Both the position numbers and the translations under genes were made by a program. Shown piece after piece: positions 58,090 to 64,000 of a stretch of 64,000 nucleotides of DNA. The stretch is from a virus: positions 1 to 64,000 of IMG/VR virus record IMGVR_UViG_3300009509_000004. The stretch is one strand, 5' to 3'. Position 1 is the first letter of the stretch, and the number at the start of each line of letters is the position of its first letter. The notes under the pieces are model-generated. The model saw nothing but the letters and a program-made list of their open reading frames with translations, was not told where the DNA came from and did no database searches.

Positions 58090-58577
58090 CAGCTGATCGT
58101 CCTTGTGCGCGCTGTCTCAAACACGCCACTGTAAGTGATGGCATCGCTGACCGTAGCCAAAACTGTTGTGCCATCTGTGTCGTACACCTGCCACACAATC
58201 GGCGTTGGCGTGACATTTGTCGCCCCGCCCCCTGTGCGCGTGATTGTCTTTTCAACTATTTTCTTGAGCTTGGCCGCTGACTCCCACCAAATCACACTGG
58301 TTGGGAATGGGCTGGCTGCCGGCAGCACCTCTTTGTAGGCACCGCTCAAGAAGCCATCGCCTGGCCCCTCGTCAATGAAGTGAATGAGTTGCCTGACAAC
58401 GCCATGGCGGGTGTTTTCCCTCCCCAATGGCGTGTGCACGCCGTCGTTGTCCCTGAGTCGGAAGTATCCACTGACGTTTCGCATCGCCCCGACAGTGGTT
58501 GGATCGGTGCTCTCAGGATCTAGCTTGAGCTCATCTTCCTCCCGTGTGCCAGGGAATCTGTCTGGTGTCCGTGGCAT
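58089..58577 (-). CDS. Virion accessory protein
   Basis: Beta-rich coupled ORF in the head region. Confidence 0.65.
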   Translation of the reverse strand: MPRTPDRFPGTREEDELKLDPESTDPTTVGAMRNVSGYFRLRDNDGVHTPLGRENTRHGVVRQLIHFIDEGPGDGFLSGAYKEVLPAASPFPTSVIWWESAAKLKKIVEKTITRTGGGATNVTPTPIVWQVYDTDGTTVLATVSDAITYSGVFETARTRTIS

Positions 58578-58578
58578 A

Positions 58579-59163
58579 TCATCCCTTTTTGTGAGCTTTG
58601 ACTCTCGTCACTTTCTTGGTGTGTTTTTGGTCTTGCGCAGGCATAGACACAGGGGTGTCCTCTTTTTTGCCGTCCTGCTCACCCTCGGCAGCCTCGCGCC
58701 CCAATTCATCTGCCTCTTCATCCTGAACTCGCTGCCACCTCTCAAATTTGGCAGCAGTCTCTGCAAATTTGGAGCTGATTGATTTGACCGCTCGCTCCAG
58801 CCCCTGAATCTGCCCTCTCAGTGCCATCACATTGTCAGCCGCTTCCTTGGCGATGGTGTTGCACAGCTCTGACATCTTCATGATGGTGTCGATGCGGATC
58901 TTGGCCTCAGCAGGCTCCATCTGCTCATCATCGACCAGCTTGTTGATTGGGTTGCACTCCTGGACCATTCTACCTGCCATCAGCTTGGCCGCTTCTGCGA
59001 CCCCTCGCCTGTGGTCCAGCTCTTTGTGCGCCTTCAGGATCTCATTGTCTGCGGCAAACACAGCCTCTTGTAGCCCCTCCAACCTGGAACGGCTGACTGG
59101 ATCTTTGATCTCCGACAGGGTATCATTGTTGACCATCATTTCCTCCAGCGTTATGTGCCCCAT
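58579..59163 (-). CDS. Coiled-coil hypothetical protein
   Basis: Helical ORF consistent with the coding strand. Confidence 0.65.
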   Translation of the reverse strand: MGHITLEEMMVNNDTLSEIKDPVSRSRLEGLQEAVFAADNEILKAHKELDHRRGVAEAAKLMAGRMVQECNPINKLVDDEQMEPAEAKIRIDTIMKMSELCNTIAKEAADNVMALRGQIQGLERAVKSISSKFAETAAKFERWQRVQDEEADELGREAAEGEQDGKKEDTPVSMPAQDQKHTKKVTRVKAHKKG

Positions 59164-59194
59164 TGCGGGCCATTTACGCTATGACGCGCAGCAA

Positions 59195-60760
59195 TTATTG
59201 CTGCAAGCCCAGTGTGATGATGACGTCCCCAGACTTGACGCCCTTGGGGAAGTCCACCATGATGTCACCTGATGCTGGGGTTGTCCCAACATAGACATCA
59301 TTTTTGGTTGTGACGTTGCCACCGTACAGCAACCGACCGTTCAAGAAGATGAAGGCATCCACCGTCCCTGGCGTGTTCATATCGATGCTGAACGCCGTCA
59401 AGTCCAACGTGGCCGCTGGGATGTTGACCCCTTGGCCATAGTTGGTGGCTGCCACAAATATCTTGAGGCTCAAATCGACACCACCCATTTGGATGGCATA
59501 CTTGATCGCATCAGAAATTGATACAAACGTCCCTGAGCCTTCAAACACAGTCTTGAGTGCGCTGATCGAACCATTCGTTGCGTCGTCCAACGGCAATGGC
59601 GTTGTCTCACGCACCGTCTGAAACTTCACATCAGCAGAAGCTCTGACCGTATTGTCGCCAGCAGTCGCCCTGGTCTCGATGCTCGATGAGTCGATGACCC
59701 CAAGCGCCGTTTTGCCAACATTGATCGACTGCCCAGAGGTGTCAACTGAAATCCCCTCGGCAAAGTCGCTGTCTGCGGCATCGTTGTTGAACACATCGAC
59801 TGCCGACCCGACCTGAACTTGGGTCGTGCCCCCGTCGTTGCGCACAACTTGCCACAAGACGCTGCCGCCGCTTCCTGCTCTGAAAACCCACGCTTTGGTG
59901 TCAGCGAGTCTGATGTCAACGTCACCTGCGTCAACTTCCATGTACTCGCCGCCATCATACGCCCGATCCAACCCGCCAAATCCTGGGCTGATTGGGTCTG
60001 CCTCGCTCAAGTCGCCCCGATAGGCATCCTCACTCAAGCTGGCAAGGTCGTTCCTGTCCGTGTAGCTGAACACGATTTTCTTGCCCTGGATGTCTGCCGC
60101 TGGCACAGCTTCCAGATCGTCATACGTGGCATTGGGCCGCACAAAACTGATCTGCGCTTGATCGTTGCCGGTGAGCGTGAAGCTGTTTCCATCCGTTGCT
60201 GCGCTGCCGACCTGGAGCAATCCCCAGATACGTCTGTCAGAAGACAACAGCGGATCTCCTGAATCGCCATCAAAGACAGCAACCAGGTTCTTGGGCTTCA
60301 GGGCATTCTCGCCTGAATTTTCTGTGAGCGAATGAGTTGGAGGGCTGGTGAGCGGTGCCGCCAGCTGGGCAACTACTGCGCCCTTGCTGGTATTTGCGAT
60401 GGCAATGGGCCTGCTCGGTGGCTGGCCTGCGGATGCAAGCAGGACAGCGTTGTGCGTGGCCCCGACAGTGACGTCAGTGAGGTTCAACGTCCACTTGAGT
60501 GCATTCTTTTCCTCACATGAAGTCTGGCTGAACAGACCATACAATGACGCATCACCGCCAAAGACTGATGCCGGATCGTCGTGCCAATTCCCAGCCTGGT
60601 TGCCATGAATGACCCGCTTCATCTGCGAGATCAAAAATTCATGGTAATCAGCCATGTCAACGCTGGTTGTTTCAGCTGTTGCGATGGCTGCTGCTGACTT
60701 TGTATCGTCAAAGGTATCTGGCTTGTGGATCTGGTCAAGCCGCTGAAGTGAAACTGTCAT
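59195..60760 (-). CDS. Virion structural protein (head fibre/decoration-like)
   Basis: AAGGAGG RBS before ATG 60760; C-terminal IFLNG...DV.....IMVDFP..VKSGDVI. Confidence 0.7.
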   Translation of the reverse strand: MTVSLQRLDQIHKPDTFDDTKSAAAIATAETTSVDMADYHEFLISQMKRVIHGNQAGNWHDDPASVFGGDASLYGLFSQTSCEEKNALKWTLNLTDVTVGATHNAVLLASAGQPPSRPIAIANTSKGAVVAQLAAPLTSPPTHSLTENSGENALKPKNLVAVFDGDSGDPLLSSDRRIWGLLQVGSAATDGNSFTLTGNDQAQISFVRPNATYDDLEAVPAADIQGKKIVFSYTDRNDLASLSEDAYRGDLSEADPISPGFGGLDRAYDGGEYMEVDAGDVDIRLADTKAWVFRAGSGGSVLWQVVRNDGGTTQVQVGSAVDVFNNDAADSDFAEGISVDTSGQSINVGKTALGVIDSSSIETRATAGDNTVRASADVKFQTVRETTPLPLDDATNGSISALKTVFEGSGTFVSISDAIKYAIQMGGVDLSLKIFVAATNYGQGVNIPAATLDLTAFSIDMNTPGTVDAFIFLNGRLLYGGNVTTKNDVYVGTTPASGDIMVDFPKGVKSGDVIITLGLQQ

Positions 60761-60799
60761 GCGCGCATCCTCCTTGTCGCCTTTGTCGCTCGCTGGCAA

Positions 60800-61264
60800 C
60801 TACTCAACAAGTGGATTATAGCGCTGCTTGCCTATCCTTCGCAAAGTTACCCTGGCTGCTGGCTGTTGAGCATGTGCCATTATTGTGAGCTGGACATCCC
60901 CTGCAAAACACACAAGTCTTTCACCGCCTTTCATGTTGACGGCATCATCTCGCTCCAGCCCCTCAGCTGAGAAGCTCACTTTGTCAAAAGTGTCAGGACG
61001 CGCCAATGTATATTGCACGCCCATGTAGCTGAACACGCCGCCGTCATCAATCTCGCCGCACTTGGGGCACACCAATTTTGCAGGACGTTTGCACTCAGGG
61101 TTGGGACAGCGGTGCCGCCTCGTGTAACGACGCAGCACCGTGATCCCTGATATGTCTTGTTGGAATTTGTGACTTTTCAGCAGCGTCAATAGCCTTTTGG
61201 CTTGCTCTTCATCATTGACATCTAGCTTGAAAGTGTCACCATTCGCTGTGTTGATCCGAAACAC
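60800..61264 (-). CDS. Hypothetical protein with a Zn ribbon
   Basis: CPNPEC...CPKC. Confidence 0.6.
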   Translation of the reverse strand: MFRINTANGDTFKLDVNDEEQAKRLLTLLKSHKFQQDISGITVLRRYTRRHRCPNPECKRPAKLVCPKCGEIDDGGVFSYMGVQYTLARPDTFDKVSFSAEGLERDDAVNMKGGERLVCFAGDVQLTIMAHAQQPAARVTLRRIGKQRYNPLVE

Positions 61265-61340
61265 AACATGGCCCCCTTATTGGCTTACAGCCAAGCAAAG
61301 GAATTTGGCCCCAGGTCAGGTTGTCATCCGATTGCTCGGA

Positions 61341-61787
61341 TCAACCTCCCCACTTCTTTTTCTTGCCCTTCTTGTCCTCAGCGTCTGAGTCAGGCTCCGG
61401 TTCAGGCTCTGGGGTTGGCTCTGGTGCCGGTTCTGCCTTCGCCTTGGGCTTGGCAGGTGCCGGTGCCTTCTTGGCCTCTCCCTTCAGAAGCGCCGCCGCC
61501 CTCTGCTTTGCCTTGGACACATTGTCCTTGGGCCGCTTTGGTTGTTCAGCGGGTGCCTCTGCAGCCTTCTGCTTGGCCAGACGCCCCTTTGACTCGTCAA
61601 AGGGCAAGATGACCAACGCAGCTGCAAGCTGCTTGTGATGCTTCTTGATCCACTCCAGCTCTCCCTCAGTGATCTTCTTGGTTGAGCCAGGAGTGAAGTA
61701 CAACGCCCCTGGTTTGGAGCGTTCAACGCCCTCTCCAAATTCAATCTGGCAAGGGCGCACGCTTTGCGGTATCTGAATCAACGGCAT
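61341..61787 (-). CDS. Hypothetical protein with a Lys/Ala/Pro-rich C-terminus
   Basis: GGAGG RBS; PEPEPE tract. Confidence 0.7.
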   Translation of the reverse strand: MPLIQIPQSVRPCQIEFGEGVERSKPGALYFTPGSTKKITEGELEWIKKHHKQLAAALVILPFDESKGRLAKQKAAEAPAEQPKRPKDNVSKAKQRAAALLKGEAKKAPAPAKPKAKAEPAPEPTPEPEPEPDSDAEDKKGKKKKWGG

Positions 61788-61826
61788 GTCAACCTCCTGT
61801 CAACAGTTTGAGGTGCCCTTGCGCCC

Positions 61827-62180
61827 CTATTGGGTCTCCAAAATTCTGTCGATCAGCTCGTTGACGGTGCCTTCGGTGTCCAGCTCCAGCTCTTCAGCGA
61901 TCTCGACCAGCTCTGCCTTCTTCATCTTTCGCAGATCAGCTTCGCTGTACTCTACAAGATCATCTCCGTCCTCATCCACATCGGTTGCGGCTGGGGTTGC
62001 GGCTGCTTTGGCTTTTGCTTTGTCACCTTCCAGCACAGTCACGGCAAACCCTGCTTGACCTTGATAATACTTGATCTCTGCAGGGTTGGTCAGAATCTGT
62101 GGCGACCCTTTCTTGAAAACGCGCCCGCCATGATCATGGGTCAGGCTGCCCCTCAGTTCAACTCGTGCTCTCAGTGCCAT
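61827..62180 (-). CDS. Protein with a C-terminal Rho-N/HeH-like domain
   Basis: LRKMKKAELVEIAEEL...ELIDRIL; typical position after the MCP. Confidence 0.7.
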   Translation of the reverse strand: MALRARVELRGSLTHDHGGRVFKKGSPQILTNPAEIKYYQGQAGFAVTVLEGDKAKAKAAATPAATDVDEDGDDLVEYSEADLRKMKKAELVEIAEELELDTEGTVNELIDRILETQ

Positions 62181-62225
62181 TTTTGTGTCCTCCAATCAAT
62201 GGCTAGTGGTTCACCTAGTGGATGA

Positions 62226-62246
62226 CGGGGCACATTCAGTGCCCCG
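62226..62246. other. GC-rich stem-loop downstream of the MCP
   Basis: cggggcac-attca-gtgccccg; no clear U-tract. Confidence 0.45.
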
Positions 62247-62262
62247 CTTCACCACAGATGTG

Positions 62263-63459
62263 TTAGACTCCCTGGCCGATGTTTCGCACCTTGACCAGCG
62301 CGTCCAGCTCTTCAAACTCCACCGCAACCTTGGCCGTGATGGCGTACTGGTTGACACCCTTGAAGATGTCACGATCTTTCTCGATCCTGACATCCCGCCC
62401 GATGCCGACCACAAAGTTGTTCTGGTGGGTGAGAATGAGCTGAGGATTGGACTTGTACGTCACCTTGACGGTGTCGCCGTCGCCAATCGCACCAAGTGCA
62501 ACACGTGCGATGGTACCAGCCGCCGCGTCCAGCACATAGTCGGTGGTCTCCACATATGGAGTCTGCGGAGCACCAGCAAGATCGCTCTTGCTGACCACGA
62601 CGTTCTGGACAGGGCCGTTCTTGAGAGCAACGGCAGTGGTGCCGTTGAGCTGAACGTGCTCAACCACCATCGGCAAGAAGTCCCACAGCGGCACTGGCAC
62701 TGCAGGGATGCCGAATGGCCCATGGCTCGCTCCACCTGCAGCCTGATCACCCAACGCTGTGGCGCGGGTGGACAGCTTCTCCAGGTAGATCTGCCACAGA
62801 TCGGGGGACATGAACCAACGCAACATGGACTTGTTGCGTCGGAATTTGGTGGGCATTGCACGGATGGCCTTGCTGAACAGGCTCAACCCGATGTTGGCCC
62901 CAGCCGCGTCCACAATGTGGCCGCCGTCTGCCAGCTTCTGCCAGCCGTCTTGGAGCGCCAGATACGTGTCCTTGACGTATCCGGTGGAGCTGCCACCGTC
63001 CAAGATGTCCGACTCCAGCTGGGCAGGGCCCAACTTGTCGCCGTTGACATACAGCTCTTCCATGTCGTTGGCGGTCTGCGTGGCCATCATCTGAATGATG
63101 TGTTCCTCCACGCTGTCGCCCTCGATGTTGAGCTCACGGAAGTTGTCGCCGATCTCGAACGGCACCATGAGCTCAGACGGCTTGAGGGTGACCTTGGACG
63201 TGGTGACTCCACGTCGCACGCCAGGATCACGTGCCTCTGCCTTGGGCACCGCCATGCGTTTGCCGATGCCGATCTTGTCGATTTCCAACGTCTCATTGCG
63301 GAAACGCACCACACGAGCGTTGTTGCGCAGCACCGTCTCATCGATCACGAAGTCGATGAAGCGATCACTCTGCGCGGGATTCAACTTGCCTGCACTGGCC
63401 AGCGCGTCAGCTGTGATGACTGCTTTCTGGACCAGCTCTTCATTGGAGATACCAGCCAT
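62263..63459 (-). CDS. Major capsid protein (HK97 fold)
   Basis: GKLNPAQSDRFID, ELNIEG, ANDMEELYVNGD, IRAMPTKF, RDVRIEKDRD. Confidence 0.9.
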   Translation of the reverse strand: MAGISNEELVQKAVITADALASAGKLNPAQSDRFIDFVIDETVLRNNARVVRFRNETLEIDKIGIGKRMAVPKAEARDPGVRRGVTTSKVTLKPSELMVPFEIGDNFRELNIEGDSVEEHIIQMMATQTANDMEELYVNGDKLGPAQLESDILDGGSSTGYVKDTYLALQDGWQKLADGGHIVDAAGANIGLSLFSKAIRAMPTKFRRNKSMLRWFMSPDLWQIYLEKLSTRATALGDQAAGGASHGPFGIPAVPVPLWDFLPMVVEHVQLNGTTAVALKNGPVQNVVVSKSDLAGAPQTPYVETTDYVLDAAAGTIARVALGAIGDGDTVKVTYKSNPQLILTHQNNFVVGIGRDVRIEKDRDIFKGVNQYAITAKVAVEFEELDALVKVRNIGQGV

Positions 63460-63519
63460 GTTCTTTCCTCCTGAATCGCAACCTTCTGGTTACTTGTTTG
63501 CTGTCACCCCTGAGCAGTC

Positions 63520-63999
63520 CTACAGGACGCCTGCCCAAAAGCTCTTTTTCGTTTCCTGAGTGTCGGTTCCACCCTCGCCCTCCAAACTCGTGGACGGGTT
63601 GCGGGTTTTCTCGATACTCTCCAGCCGCTCGCCCAAGCCCTTGGTGACCTCTTGGACTTCATCCAGCTTTGCCTTCAGGATGTCCTTGAGCTCAGTCAAG
63701 CTCTTGGTCAACTCGACCACCCCACTGCCTCCAAACTTGGTGCCTGCGGGCACACTGGACTTGGGATTGCCGCCAACAGGGATCTCCTGCATGGACAGCT
63801 CCTTCATGAGCCCAGACAGTGTCTCGATGGCCTGCTTGAGAGCAGCCTCACGCTTGGGCGTGAATGCCTTGGCCTTCTGGACGCCCACGGCCAGCACCTC
63901 CAGCATCTTCTGCACGGTGGCCTCGCCGTCATCGCCCTCGTCACCACCCTCGCCCTCACCGCCATCGGCGTTCTTTTGGGTTTTCTTGAGGGGTGGTTG
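63520..63999 (-). CDS. Partial scaffold/prohead protein (C-terminus; runs off the right edge)
   Basis: Frame is open to the window edge; acidic linker, coiled coil, ends KSFWAGVL; directly before the MCP. Confidence 0.65.
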   Translation of the reverse strand, partial: QPPLKKTQKNADGGEGEGGDEGDDGEATVQKMLEVLAVGVQKAKAFTPKREAALKQAIETLSGLMKELSMQEIPVGGNPKSSVPAGTKFGGSGVVELTKSLTELKDILKAKLDEVQEVTKGLGERLESIEKTRNPSTSLEGEGGTDTQETKKSFWAGVL

Positions 64000-64000
64000 C

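Noticed and set aside
47185-61822. CAAGGGCAC motif upstream of the genes starting at 47165 and 61787 as a late promoter
   Set aside because: Only two clear copies of a 9-mer; insufficient without a motif scan.

Overview
The window is a 64-kb internal segment of a large tailed phage with a contractile tail (myovirus-like). Essentially all real genes are on the - strand. In transcription order (right to left) it carries: scaffold/prohead C-terminus, major capsid protein, about ten accessory virion genes, neck, sheath, tube, a tail chaperone with a -1 frameshift, tape measure, baseplate, a 1645-aa repeat-rich tail fibre, a lysis cassette, a replication block (SF2 helicase, initiator, DnaC-like loader, DnaB, DNA MTase, primase), a CobS/CobT AAA+/vWA pair, a sigma factor, a nucleotide-modification operon, DnaE, HU, a UvsY-like gene and an SSB-like gene. 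Two things stand out. (1) A translationally coupled six-gene operon (FAD oxidoreductase, MazG-HAD fusion, SAM methyltransferase, ThyX-like enzyme, class III PLP aminotransferase, NMP kinase) sits just upstream of DnaE and looks like an undescribed pre-replicative base-modification pathway. (2) There is a candidate RNA regulatory circuit. cobS and cobT each sit behind a near-identical 40-bp terminator+sigma70 promoter cassette and share a 12-nt RBS. A terminator-like hairpin at 11137-11205, immediately before the modification operon, has a loop exactly complementary to that RBS. All calls come from motif reading by eye; no database searches were run.
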